Positions 40,701 to 49,828 of a DNA stretch of 64,000 nucleotides are shown here, in pieces. Positions within the stretch are counted from its first letter, which is position 1; every line of letters starts with the position of its first letter. The position numbers and the translations under genes were made by a program. Below the pieces are notes generated by a model. The model made no database searches, had not been told where the DNA came from, and worked only from the letters and a program-made list of their open reading frames with translations. Source of the DNA: an uncultured Pseudomonadales bacterium (lineage in GTDB: Bacteria; Patescibacteriota; Microgenomatia; UBA1400; PJMF01); assembly GCA_964437755.1 (NCBI GenBank), contig CAYTIA010000001.1, forward strand, positions 45,658-109,657, given 5' to 3'.

Positions 40701-40994
40701 ACGCTTGTTAATCAAAGTAGCCTCTACATAGAGAGGCATGTCATAGGTTAAATTTTTTTCTTTTGCAATTGAGGGAGTAGTTTTAGCTTCACCTAATCGA
40801 TGTTCACCAAACTTAAGTTGCCAGTTTTTTCCTGTGTAATCTTCAATTCCTCTTCCAGCATTGACTTGCTCTAATGCCTCCTTAATTCCGCTATCTAAAA
40901 ACTCTTGATAGCTCTTTTGCTGAAGTGCAATAAGATCAAGTTTGGGGAGACTTTTTTTTACTTTTCCCCAATTTTGGCGCTGGCTGGTTGACAT
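37713..40994 (-). CDS. rpoB: RNA polymerase beta subunit
   Basis: DDIDHL, GDKLAGRHGNKG, GGQRLGEME, LQEMLTIKSDD. Confidence 0.99.
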   Translation of the reverse strand: MSTSQRQNWGKVKKSLPKLDLIALQQKSYQEFLDSGIKEALEQVNAGRGIEDYTGKNWQLKFGEHRLGEAKTTPSIAKEKNLTYDMPLYVEATLINKRTGERRTQDVFMGDVPKMTPVGTFIVNGIERGIVTQLVRAPGVSFSGEEYQSTGEVYYSAELRPMRGSWIEFVVGRRNVITVKIDRRRKMPATVLLRALGVESDEEILDLYKDILDKDEYDLLQNTLDKDDTHTKEEALIEIYEKLRPGEPATLDTAREYFKSHFFDERRYNLGKVGRYKLNRRLKIDVDFENTVLSKEDVVATIKYLIQLQNGTGKVDDIDHLSNRRVRCVGELVKDTAFRIGLIRLERSIREKMSLTKTDSSLTPSALVNARPLIATVSQFFRRNRLSAILDQVNPLAEIDNLRRLSVLGSGGVTRERASFSMRDINASQYSRICPVRSPEGQNIGLVTYLALYTHVNEYGFLEAPYNKVEEKNGKMKVADEVVYMAADEEEDYKITHAEIDVDDNGYITQEWVPFRHQNQFLEGPATQVEFIDVVPRQVVGTSASLIPFIANDETTRALMGSHMQCQAVPLVKPEAPIVGTGMEEAVASAMNHTIRALHGGVVEYVDGKRVEIRLNKAELNDAETLHSLHGRENVSLNGDKEIYFIKKFERTSQSTSYSQKPLVNIGDKVKKGDLIIDGPAADHGELALGTNLLIAYTSFDGLGFEDAIVVSERLVKEDLLTSVHISEHEARVMDTRLGPEELTNDIPNVAESYLANLTEDGIVRIGSEVNSGDILVGKVAPKGETELSSEERLLRAIFGEKSKEVRDTSLRMPHGESGTVIDVKVLDRDEGDELDPGVLQQISVRVAEKRKIKVGDKLAGRHGNKGVISRIVPIADMPHLEDGTPVDIIISPLSVLARMNLGQLLEAHLGWAAQKLGYKVALPVFESFKEELIWEELKKAGLPADGKAQLYDGRTGEAYQETTAVGVAYILKLVHMVDDKVHARSTGPYSLVTQQPLGGKAQMGGQRLGEMEVWALESHKAAHTLQEMLTIKSDDISGRAKAFKAMVKGIPIPPPNIPESFRVLMRELNALGLDVMPLDLKEDDEDDEVIDQ

Positions 40995-41261
40995 GAAGGC
41001 TCCTTTTTATGGTTGTTATCTAAAAGCAATCTTAATGTTTGTGTTTTATCTAAAACACAAAAATAGAGACTAAATGGACAGTCTCCAATATCTAAAAAAT
41101 GACACTAAAGTAAAAGTTGAGATGTCACTAGTTTACAATAATTGTATTTTTGCTTGACTCTGCCGATTGAATATTTTTTAATAACTATATCTATCATGTT
41201 TAGACGACAAAAAAATCTGCCACCTCTGGCATTGGTCATAAAACTCCACACGTAAGTGGCA

Positions 41262-41290
41262 ATTCTATCATTTTCGTCAGACTAGCGCAA
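41262..41290 (-). promoter_or_regulatory. Sigma70-type promoter for rpoBC
   Basis: TTGCGC-17 nt-TAGAAT with extended -10 TG, about 265 nt upstream of rpoB. Confidence 0.55.
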
Positions 41291-42301
41291 GTAGTTATTA
41301 ATATTCTGATTATGTTCTTGTAGCGTCCTTCCGAAGTGGATTCTGCCGGAACTATCATGAATATAGTATAGATAATCTGAATATAGAGGATTCACTGAAG
41401 CCTCAAGTGCATCAAAACCTGGATTACAAATTGGAGCAGGAGGCAAACCTGGATTTTGATAGGTGTTATATCTAGAATCAATCTGTTTGTCAGCTGCTAA
41501 AGGAGTAGACCACCAAGTTTCAGTCTGTTCATTGAATCCTTTTGCATATTGAAGAGTTGCATCAACCTGAAGAGGCATTCCTAGTTCCAATCTCTTGAAA
41601 ATCACTCCAGCCACTCTCTTCATTTGATCTGAACCCTTTGCCTCTCTTTCAAGAAGTGAAGCTATCACAATTAACTCATCAACAGAGTACTCAGATTTTT
41701 CAATATCATCCGCAAGTGAAGCAATCTTTTTTTCAAAGGTGTTATTCATTAAAGAAATTAAGGCTTGAGTTGTAATCTCTTTAGGAACCAAATAAGTGTC
41801 AGGAAATAGCTTGCCTTCCATACCTACCGTCTGCAATAAAAATTCATCCTTATCAAAAAAAGCTAAATCATAACCTGAGAGACTTTGGGCTATCTCTTCT
41901 CTGCGAATGCCCTCTGGGAAAGTAATCCACACATCATCAGCCCCATCACTTAAAGTCTCTAAAATCTCTGCAAGACTCATTTTCTGGGAAAGCTCAAAAC
42001 TTCCAGCCTGAATATTGTATTTATCTTCATTTAATCTATAAAAGATTTGAAAAAGTTTAGAGTTTTTAATGAGATTATTTTCTTTAAGACGTTCAGCAAC
42101 TACTGTCACTGACTGTCCTCTTGGAACAACAAAACGAACTAGCTCTTTATTGTCTGAAGAAACTGGCTGAAGAAGCGATGCTATCACAATACTTACCACC
42201 ACGCCTACGATCATCAAAGTAACTAGCAAAAACAATGCAACTTTAAATACTAGACTTTTTTTCTTTTTATTGCTTGTTTTTTCTTCATTTTTTTTGAACA
42301 T
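41282..42301 (-). CDS. mltG: Endolytic transglycosylase MltG
   Basis: TFPEG, EGKLFPDTY, IASLLERE, MPLQVDAT, YNTY..PGLPPAPICNPG. Confidence 0.95.
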   Translation of the reverse strand: MFKKNEEKTSNKKKKSLVFKVALFLLVTLMIVGVVVSIVIASLLQPVSSDNKELVRFVVPRGQSVTVVAERLKENNLIKNSKLFQIFYRLNEDKYNIQAGSFELSQKMSLAEILETLSDGADDVWITFPEGIRREEIAQSLSGYDLAFFDKDEFLLQTVGMEGKLFPDTYLVPKEITTQALISLMNNTFEKKIASLADDIEKSEYSVDELIVIASLLEREAKGSDQMKRVAGVIFKRLELGMPLQVDATLQYAKGFNEQTETWWSTPLAADKQIDSRYNTYQNPGLPPAPICNPGFDALEASVNPLYSDYLYYIHDSSGRIHFGRTLQEHNQNINNYLR

Positions 42302-42377
42302 AGATCAATAGTGTAGCACAAATAAACTTGCTAACTATGATTTAGGTATTAAGTTAGTCCTAGCTCAGTATAAAAAA

Positions 42378-42761
42378 CTATTGATAACTTATCCACTCTT
42401 CAAGAAAGAGAGAGGCAGCAAAATGATCAATCGGGCCAGAAATTCTCTTACCTCTTTCTTTCATCTTTTCTCTCACATCGTGAGAACTTAAAGTTTCGTC
42501 GATAAACTCTATGGGCAGATTAATTGTTTTAGTTAGTTGTTCACTAAATAATTTGGTCTGTTTGGCCATCTGCTGTTCTGAAATACCAAGTACCAGCTGA
42601 TTAACCTCATTTTCTTGACAAACTTGTTTAATTCTAGTTATAGCCTCTTCGATTTTTTGATACTCGATTACTTCCAAAGGAATGGCCAAGGAAGCAAAAG
42701 AAATTGCTAATCCGATTCTTTTCGTACCGTAATCAATTGCCAAAGCTTTAATATTTTCCAT
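42378..42761 (-). CDS. ruvX: YqgF/RuvX family RNase H-like nuclease
   Basis: LAIDYGTKRIGLA, LVLG, DETLSS, D..AA..L; start moved to ATG 42761. Confidence 0.92.
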   Translation of the reverse strand: MENIKALAIDYGTKRIGLAISFASLAIPLEVIEYQKIEEAITRIKQVCQENEVNQLVLGISEQQMAKQTKLFSEQLTKTINLPIEFIDETLSSHDVREKMKERGKRISGPIDHFAASLFLEEWISYQ

Positions 42762-42781
42762 AATAACCACTAAGCATAGTT

Positions 42782-43768
42782 TTAATCATCTCTAATTAAT
42801 TGAGCAGTTACTACTCCTCGACGAAGATATGTTCCCTCTGGAGTACAAGTAACTAATTTTAACTGTCTAACACCATAATCCTGAGAAAGGATAAAGGTAT
42901 CTGATGGCTTAACTTCAGTTTTGTCTTCTACAATATATGTATAACGAACATCTCCATAATGGAGATAAATTTTATCACCTCTTTCAAGAGTCATGATTGT
43001 ACTAAAAATTGAGTTATAGCGACGAGGATTCGATTCTTTAGGATTATAAAACTGTCTAAGTAGTGAGTGACCAAAGATAACTGGAGCTCCAGGCTTTCCT
43101 GGCAATGATGTGCCAGGATATTGAATTAAACTTTCCTCGAGATCCACTCCTCCAATTGTTACCACAGCGTTTTCTATTCCTAAATCTGGAATTTCCAAAA
43201 TATATTCCCCGCTTTGACGCGCTAACAAACTTGTGCGGTTAACAAGATCTGAGGCCATTTGATCTTCAAACCAGTTCGACAGATTTGTAAAATCAAGTTG
43301 AGCATCAACTATAACCGGACCGCGCTTAACTTTAGAAATGGCCTCAGCGTTATCAATACTGGCATAATCTTCTTGTAAACTTTGAGCTACTACCAGAGGC
43401 GTTACGTCCAGCACATTCTCCTGCGGAATTGGTAAAACAAGTTTTTCTGCCTTCGTCTGAGGAAGAGTCTTCACATAATAACCAACAACTGGCATAACGG
43501 CACTACCCAGTAACATAACCCCAACAAAGATTAACAAAATCGGCAACATATTTGCTCCAAACCTAACTAGTCTAGGCAAAGCATTGGCTAACGCAGCAGT
43601 TTGCTTTTCATCAATCTCTTCCTCAACCTTCTGAGCAACCATCATTCGGGTGAGCTTGTTTGTTACCTTTTCTTCTAAACCTTCATAGCTACCTTCTCTA
43701 AGCAACGCTTCGCGATATAGACGGATAAGTTCACGATGATCTAGGCCAATATGAGATTGATTTATCAT
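42782..43768 (-). CDS. Sortase
   Basis: TM anchor; IFGHS (His), LVTCTP (Cys), downstream Arg (LRR). Confidence 0.9.
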   Translation of the reverse strand: MINQSHIGLDHRELIRLYREALLREGSYEGLEEKVTNKLTRMMVAQKVEEEIDEKQTAALANALPRLVRFGANMLPILLIFVGVMLLGSAVMPVVGYYVKTLPQTKAEKLVLPIPQENVLDVTPLVVAQSLQEDYASIDNAEAISKVKRGPVIVDAQLDFTNLSNWFEDQMASDLVNRTSLLARQSGEYILEIPDLGIENAVVTIGGVDLEESLIQYPGTSLPGKPGAPVIFGHSLLRQFYNPKESNPRRYNSIFSTIMTLERGDKIYLHYGDVRYTYIVEDKTEVKPSDTFILSQDYGVRQLKLVTCTPEGTYLRRGVVTAQLIRDD

Positions 43769-43815
43769 TGTTAAGCAGGCTATATAAATTTTTTATTGAC
43801 ACACTCAAAAACGAG

Positions 43816-46011
43816 CTATTGTTTAATATCAAGTTTAATTTTTTCTATATTTGACGGCATCTTCTTAAAGATTGAGTTTGCAAAAGATGGCGTAAACTCA
43901 AACTTAACTTCAGACACTTCTTCGAGTTGAGTTAATTTTGAACTCACCTCATCAATTTGTAAATTTGGGAGATCTTTGATTAGAGAATCTGGATCAACTT
44001 TTGCTTGAGCCTTTCCTTCTAGTTTAGCCTCAATTTTTAGTTGAGAGTCACCATCTTCTTCTGATTCAATTAGTTTTGAGTCAACCTTTAGGCCATTGTC
44101 CACAAACTCATAATTTTCAGGAACGTCATCAGCTAAAACCACTCGTGCTAAATCGAGCAAATCTTGATTCGTGTAAGAAAGTCCGTTAACCTCTATTTTT
44201 AACGATAGGCTGACTTCGTTTGCTTCATCACCAATCTCTGCACTATATTCTTGAGAAATAATTTTAAACTCTTCAGTTGGAACTATGTGCAGATCAATTT
44301 TTTGAGATTCAAGCATCTCGTCTCTGGCTTTTTTAAGCAATTTTTGTCTTAGGGTTGTTAATAGCTCCTGATAATCAGCTTCAGAAACCACTCTAATTTC
44401 TCTACTAGAACCACCGGTAAAGTTATCCACTGCTTTGGCTGAATAGGTCTCAGTAGAAAAAGACTCTATCTTAAAATCTGTGTCCTTGGAGATATTGCTT
44501 TCTGTGCCAATTTCCTTAGCCACAACCCTTACATTCTTCTGACCGTACTCTCTCTTTTCGCTATCTCCAGTGCTACTCACCTCAACTTTTGAAGCTGGTA
44601 CTTTTACTTCTGCATCAAGAATAAACTCTAATGATCCAGCATAAACAACTGTACCTTTATCGAAAGTTTTATCCGAATCAGTTTTGTTTAAAATTCTTAT
44701 TTCTCCACTAGCTTTTTCACCAACTTGCTTCATACCCGTAGTTAGAGTTGATTCATCTCCAGACATCTCCTCACTTATTTTTTCGGCTTTTAGAAGATTC
44801 AGTTTAGGATCAGACTTTGCGATACTGGGGTCAAGAAAAATATTTAACTCCTTATCTAAGCGGTGAACACTTGGTTGAACTGCTACAACCACTTGATAGC
44901 TACTCTTAAGCAAAATAAAAGAAACAAACAAAGATACTAATAAGCCAAGAATTACGGCAACCGCAATTATTAACCTGATTTTTTGCTTCTTAGTTGGTTT
45001 TTTCTTTTTCGAAATTTGAGGAGAATTTTTCGTTGATGATGGCACCACGTTTTGGCCACCAATTTTTGAACCTTCTTGGTCAACAGCAATTGGCACCCCA
45101 AAACTTGTGGCAACAGCAGTATCTTTTGTCGGAGAAGTGATGTTGGCTGAACTCGGAACCGCCAACGAATCGGACAATAACTCAGTTTTCTCTTCATCAG
45201 CAAACTCATCATCCTCAGACTCAAAACTCATATCAACTTCTTTTGTGATTAATCCGCTATCCTTTGCCACAGCAACTCCCCCTTGTTTTACTACTGCCTC
45301 CAACACCTCTCTTGACTTAACCACCTCTACAACCGGCTGCTGAATAAAGCCATATTCGCCCACCCAATCAATTGACAATAGTTGCTGTTGATATAAAACT
45401 AAACTTTCATCCTCGACAGAGGCAGAGGCCAAAACAATATTTAGAGGAAATTTTTTTCCAGTTTTTTCAAGATCACCATTTAAACGAGCCAAAACTTCTT
45501 GAATATCCAAAAGAATGTTTTCAGACCTACCCACAGATAATGTCTTCTGAACTTGACCCTGGTGAAGTACATTTAAAGTTAAAGAGGTAGACCCAAGATA
45601 AACCACCAAAGCTGAAAGGTAATGATTATCGTTGGTTAGATGATTGATTAGCGCCTCAGTGCTTAATACAAACCCCACTGCCTCTAAAGACAATGATTTA
45701 CAAAGTTCTTGCAATCTCTCATCGTGAGGTACTTTTATTTCTGTTTGTGTTGCCCACTCTGGCTCAAGTGCAAACAAAACTTGATCAGTTTTTTCGGACT
45801 CTTTTCCCAGATCTTGTAAACTCTCATCACATTGAATCAATTGATCGTCCTCAGACTGATAATATCGAATGGGGGATTGATTGAGAATATGAACTTGCCC
45901 CTCAACTATTCTCCACAAGGCAGAGCTTACAGAGATATCAGTAAGAAGTAAAGAAATAAATAACTCGTTGTTATTTTTTTTATTTTTTAAAAAAACGTTT
46001 GGCAGGCCCAT
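43816..46011 (-). CDS. Bitopic membrane protein, N-terminal degenerate FtsA/PilM-like region plus C-terminal beta-rich (baseplate-J-like) region
   Basis: Single TM after a KKKKPTKKQK tract; C-terminal GEKASGEI, GT.SNI, FTGGSSRE, VSEAD motifs recalled from CPR proteins; domain naming tentative. Confidence 0.55.
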   Translation of the reverse strand: MGLPNVFLKNKKNNNELFISLLLTDISVSSALWRIVEGQVHILNQSPIRYYQSEDDQLIQCDESLQDLGKESEKTDQVLFALEPEWATQTEIKVPHDERLQELCKSLSLEAVGFVLSTEALINHLTNDNHYLSALVVYLGSTSLTLNVLHQGQVQKTLSVGRSENILLDIQEVLARLNGDLEKTGKKFPLNIVLASASVEDESLVLYQQQLLSIDWVGEYGFIQQPVVEVVKSREVLEAVVKQGGVAVAKDSGLITKEVDMSFESEDDEFADEEKTELLSDSLAVPSSANITSPTKDTAVATSFGVPIAVDQEGSKIGGQNVVPSSTKNSPQISKKKKPTKKQKIRLIIAVAVILGLLVSLFVSFILLKSSYQVVVAVQPSVHRLDKELNIFLDPSIAKSDPKLNLLKAEKISEEMSGDESTLTTGMKQVGEKASGEIRILNKTDSDKTFDKGTVVYAGSLEFILDAEVKVPASKVEVSSTGDSEKREYGQKNVRVVAKEIGTESNISKDTDFKIESFSTETYSAKAVDNFTGGSSREIRVVSEADYQELLTTLRQKLLKKARDEMLESQKIDLHIVPTEEFKIISQEYSAEIGDEANEVSLSLKIEVNGLSYTNQDLLDLARVVLADDVPENYEFVDNGLKVDSKLIESEEDGDSQLKIEAKLEGKAQAKVDPDSLIKDLPNLQIDEVSSKLTQLEEVSEVKFEFTPSFANSIFKKMPSNIEKIKLDIKQ

Positions 46012-46089
46012 AATGTATTTTGATGTAAATATAAGCTACTAATATTAAAGCAGACAATCTCAAGGATGAAAAGAGGCGATGCAAATCTA

Positions 46090-48033
46090 CTAATCGATGT
46101 TTTTTTCTACTTGTCGAACATAGACCCTTCTTACTCCTGAAGCAGCCGATTTTTCTTTAAAGATTTCAATTTGGCCAATCTGCCCCGTTGATAAAACATG
46201 AGGACCACCACATAACTCTTTTGAAATAAAAGCCCCGTTATCCAACTGCATTTTTTTATCAGAGTTTTTATCAAGTAAACCAATTAAGTATACTGAAACT
46301 TCATCAGGATAACGCTCTGCAAAAAATGCTAAAGCTCCAGATTCTAATGCTTCTTGCTTGTTCATAATTATTTTTTTAACTGGAAGATCTTGGGAAACCC
46401 AGTCATTAATCTGATTTTGAATCAGATCAATTTGCTCCTGAGTTAAAGCCTGAGGGTGTGAGAAGTCAAATCTTAAACGATCAGCAGAAATATTTGACCC
46501 CTTTTGCTGAACATGATTACCCAACACCTTTCTGAGGGCGGCATGCAGTAAATGAGTCGCGGTGTGATAAGCAGTGGTTATATCAGAATGATCAGCTAAT
46601 CCACCTTTAAACTTATTATTTGAAGTGGAACGAGAGTGAGATATGTGTGCTTGCTTAGCAAGTAAAAATTCCTCTTCAAAACTTTCAGATATTAAGATCT
46701 GCTGTGTCTTTGCCTCCTCTTGCAATACCTCTAAAGGAAAACCATAAGTTTCATAAAGATGATAAGCCTGAGAACCTGAAAATTTTTTATCTGTTGATGC
46801 CATCTTCATAAACTCTTTTAATCCTTTATTTAAAGTTTTGCCAAATTTGATGCATTCATTTTCGATTTCATTTTTAATTCTTGCTTGATTATCAGCCAAT
46901 TCAGGATACTGATCTTGGTATATTTCTACTACTACCCCAACCAATTCAGGCAAAATTTTAGTTGTAGAGGAAAGATATCTTTCTTGTCTAATGGCTCTAC
47001 GCAGCAATCTACGAACTAAATAACCTTGATCCTTGTTGCTTGGCTTAACACCATCGCCAATCAAAAATACTGCAGCCTTTAAATGGTCTGCGATTACTCT
47101 GAATTTAGAGAGGTGGTCATTATATTTTTTTTCTGATAACTGCTCAATTTTTTCAATAATCGGAGCAAATAAGTCAGTCTGAAAAATATCTGGTTGATCT
47201 TGTAAAACTGCTAAAATTCTTTCTAAACCTCCTCCAAAATCTATATTTTTTTGAGATAGATCAACCAAACCATGCTCAGTTTTTTGATACTGCATAAACA
47301 CGCTGTTTCCAATTTCAAGGAATCTACCACAATCGCAGTTTACATGACAAGGCTGATCGGAAAATTCTGATTTTTCGTGGAATTGATGCTCAGCCCCAAA
47401 ATCGTAAAAGATCTCGCTACTTGGACCACCTGGTTCTCCAGAAGGCATTAAGTCAGGTTCTCCAGCTCTTGACCACCAATTCTTTTTTGAGGAGTATAAA
47501 AGAATGTGAGGTTGATGATTCTCGTTAAATCCACTTTTCTCTGGATTTGGATCAATCTCAGCCTTAATGCCTTTTTGTGCAAATAAGTTTTGCCAAATTT
47601 CAATCGCTTCTTGATCTCTTTCAAGTTGATATTTATTATCTCCAGCAAAAACCGTCACAAAAATTTTATTGGCATCTAAACCTACCACTTCAGTTAAAAA
47701 CTCAAAAATCCAACTCAACTGTTCCTTTTTAAAATAATCTCCAAGTGACCAGTTACCCAACATTTCAAAGAAAGTGGTGTGACGATTGTCTCCCACTTCT
47801 TCAATATCTTGAGCTCTAAAACACTTTTGAGAGTTTGCCAAACGTGATCCTTCAGGATGTTTCTGTCCAAGCAGATAAGGCATAATTGGCTGCATACCAG
47901 CTGTTGTAAAAAGTGTGGTTGGATCATTATCGGGAACCAAAAGTGCTGAAGGAATAATCTGGTGCGATTTTTGTTTCAAAAAATCAAAATAGGCTGTTCT
48001 TAGTTGACTGGCAGAGAAATTTTTTTTATACAT
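46090..48033 (-). CDS. alaS: Alanine--tRNA ligase (lacks C-Ala domain)
   Basis: DPTTLFTTAGMQ, HTTFFEMLGNWS, GLER, editing motifs HTATH and ELCGGPHV. Confidence 0.96.
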   Translation of the reverse strand: MYKKNFSASQLRTAYFDFLKQKSHQIIPSALLVPDNDPTTLFTTAGMQPIMPYLLGQKHPEGSRLANSQKCFRAQDIEEVGDNRHTTFFEMLGNWSLGDYFKKEQLSWIFEFLTEVVGLDANKIFVTVFAGDNKYQLERDQEAIEIWQNLFAQKGIKAEIDPNPEKSGFNENHQPHILLYSSKKNWWSRAGEPDLMPSGEPGGPSSEIFYDFGAEHQFHEKSEFSDQPCHVNCDCGRFLEIGNSVFMQYQKTEHGLVDLSQKNIDFGGGLERILAVLQDQPDIFQTDLFAPIIEKIEQLSEKKYNDHLSKFRVIADHLKAAVFLIGDGVKPSNKDQGYLVRRLLRRAIRQERYLSSTTKILPELVGVVVEIYQDQYPELADNQARIKNEIENECIKFGKTLNKGLKEFMKMASTDKKFSGSQAYHLYETYGFPLEVLQEEAKTQQILISESFEEEFLLAKQAHISHSRSTSNNKFKGGLADHSDITTAYHTATHLLHAALRKVLGNHVQQKGSNISADRLRFDFSHPQALTQEQIDLIQNQINDWVSQDLPVKKIIMNKQEALESGALAFFAERYPDEVSVYLIGLLDKNSDKKMQLDNGAFISKELCGGPHVLSTGQIGQIEIFKEKSAASGVRRVYVRQVEKNID

Positions 48034-48520
48034 ACTCTCTGTGTGTACTTACTATTTTTTGTGATACATACTTTTTTAACAAAATAAAGACTCCTCCAAA
48101 GAAAAGATCTCCAAACAAGGTATTTCTATAAAAAGGTAAAGCTAAAGAATAGCAACTCATTAGCCCAATTAAATTTCTTGGATACCAATACCACCAAACT
48201 CCAAAATTTGAAAGTAAGAAAAAAGTTAAACTTGCAATTGGCAAAAATAACATCTGTTTTTTTACATTATTCTTAGCCAACCTACCGAGTAACCAATAAC
48301 TTGCAAAACCTAGATAAGTAAAAACAAAGCCTAAATACAATCCAGAAACCAATAGATCATAAACCATTATTTGAATCATAAAAATCAAAAAGTTGGATTG
48401 AAAAAAGCCAAATGAACCCACCACGCTAAAGTTTGGCATGACCTTAATAAATCTAGAACAAAATACAAAGATCCCTAGATAGATTTTGTTGATAGTGATT
48501 TGAACCTGATTAATAATCAT
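48026..48520 (-). CDS. DUF6580-like membrane protein (putative vitamin transporter S-component)
   Basis: PNFS, FFLLSNFGVW, YP...GL..CY..ALPFYRNTL.GDL. Confidence 0.7.
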   Translation of the reverse strand: MIINQVQITINKIYLGIFVFCSRFIKVMPNFSVVGSFGFFQSNFLIFMIQIMVYDLLVSGLYLGFVFTYLGFASYWLLGRLAKNNVKKQMLFLPIASLTFFLLSNFGVWWYWYPRNLIGLMSCYSLALPFYRNTLFGDLFFGGVFILLKKYVSQKIVSTHREYV

Positions 48521-48589
48521 TTTAATAACTAAAAAGTACTCTGGTAAAAAAAATTTTATGTTTAAGTAGGCAACAACAATAACGAAACT

Positions 48590-49069
48590 CTACTCAAAAA
48601 CTTTTAACTCCTCGAACCTCCACTCAACCTGATCGCCAATATTTAGAATAATCTTATCACTCGCTTCTTGAGCATACTCACCATTTATATAGAGTGCCCA
48701 ATAGTACTCATTTGTTGAAGCTTTTCCATTAATACCTGTAACAAAAACGCCAAAATCGTACTGGTCATACTTAATTTCTGCTTTTTTATTCAATAAAGAA
48801 AATGGTGTTTGGCCATCTTGAGTAGCTTCAAGATGAAATATTGAACTTTCTTCACCATTAGTAGAAGATTCTTTTTCTGAGCCATTACTTGTTTCAAAAG
48901 TTGGACGAGAAAAAAGAACATCTTTTGATATCAACAATCTTGAGAAGAGATGAGATTCTTTTGATAAACTTAAAAATAAAAACGCTATAGCTGCCAAACC
49001 AATAACTATAAATAGGGGTAATAATTTTTTGCTCTTATTTTCTGGCTGAATTTCTGATAGTTCCGACAT
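48590..49069 (-). CDS. Membrane-anchored DUF4430 (transcobalamin C-terminal-like) domain protein
   Basis: FGVFVTGING, YWALYING, GDQVEWRF. Confidence 0.8.
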   Translation of the reverse strand: MSELSEIQPENKSKKLLPLFIVIGLAAIAFLFLSLSKESHLFSRLLISKDVLFSRPTFETSNGSEKESSTNGEESSIFHLEATQDGQTPFSLLNKKAEIKYDQYDFGVFVTGINGKASTNEYYWALYINGEYAQEASDKIILNIGDQVEWRFEELKVFE

Positions 49070-49071
49070 AA

Positions 49072-49434
49072 TTATACTCCTTTAAATTTTTGAGGTGATT
49101 GAGCCTTCTCTTTGGTAATTGTTCTCGTAGCACTTTTTATTTTAAGACCCAAACCTCTTTCTTTTTTTTGATGATTCGTACCAAGCAATAAGCCAATCAA
49201 CTCACTTAATTCAAGATTTCCTACTTTAATATCTTTAATAGATGGTATTTCTTGAGTGGCTTCTTCCCATCTCTCTGAAAAGTTTTCTCGTAGCTGCTCA
49301 CCCTCATCAGATTTAAACAAAAAGTAACTTGAAAATCCAACAAAAAAACCCAAAAGCATTCCCAACCCAAATTGATTGGACTGTTTTGCTGATTCTTTTG
49401 GAACTGAAGGCTGTTGCATTTTGTCTGACATCAA
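49072..49434 (-). CDS. YtxH-like protein
   Basis: FGLGMLLG TM followed by GEQLRE; paired with a DUF948-like gene. Confidence 0.55.
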   Translation of the reverse strand: MMSDKMQQPSVPKESAKQSNQFGLGMLLGFFVGFSSYFLFKSDEGEQLRENFSERWEEATQEIPSIKDIKVGNLELSELIGLLLGTNHQKKERGLGLKIKSATRTITKEKAQSPQKFKGV

Positions 49435-49713
49435 CTAACTCTTTTTATCTTCTTTCTTCTTATTAAGATAGCTGACAAATCCCTCAAAAACCTTAACCCC
49501 AGTTTTAACCCCAGCTGCTATTCCAACCAAACCTTGAAGAGGTTGAGCAATACTTTTAATCTTTGTTTCAGTTTCATCTGCAATGTGGTTAACTTTATCA
49601 ATTGCCTGCCTAAATGATTTTAAAACTAAAAATAATTGTACCCCTACAATTGCGAGAACAACCGTTAAAATTAGCAATGATCCGGCCAAGATATAAGGTA
49701 AAATTTGTGTCAT
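49435..49713 (-). CDS. DUF948/YtxG-like membrane protein
   Basis: N-terminal TM plus coiled coil and amphipathic tail. Confidence 0.55.
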   Translation of the reverse strand: MTQILPYILAGSLLILTVVLAIVGVQLFLVLKSFRQAIDKVNHIADETETKIKSIAQPLQGLVGIAAGVKTGVKVFEGFVSYLNKKKEDKKS

Positions 49714-49828
49714 TTTTTTGTCTCCTTTAATAAATTCGTTAACAACTCCAATGATTAATATATAGTTAACTCATTTTTTGAGGTGTAATCATAATTAGCT
49801 AACTATAACATACTCTGTATTTGAAAGA

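Noticed and set aside
48521-49828. Cobalamin riboswitch for the DUF4430/DUF6580 pair
   Set aside because: The intergenic gaps are short and AT-rich, with no B12-box sequence.
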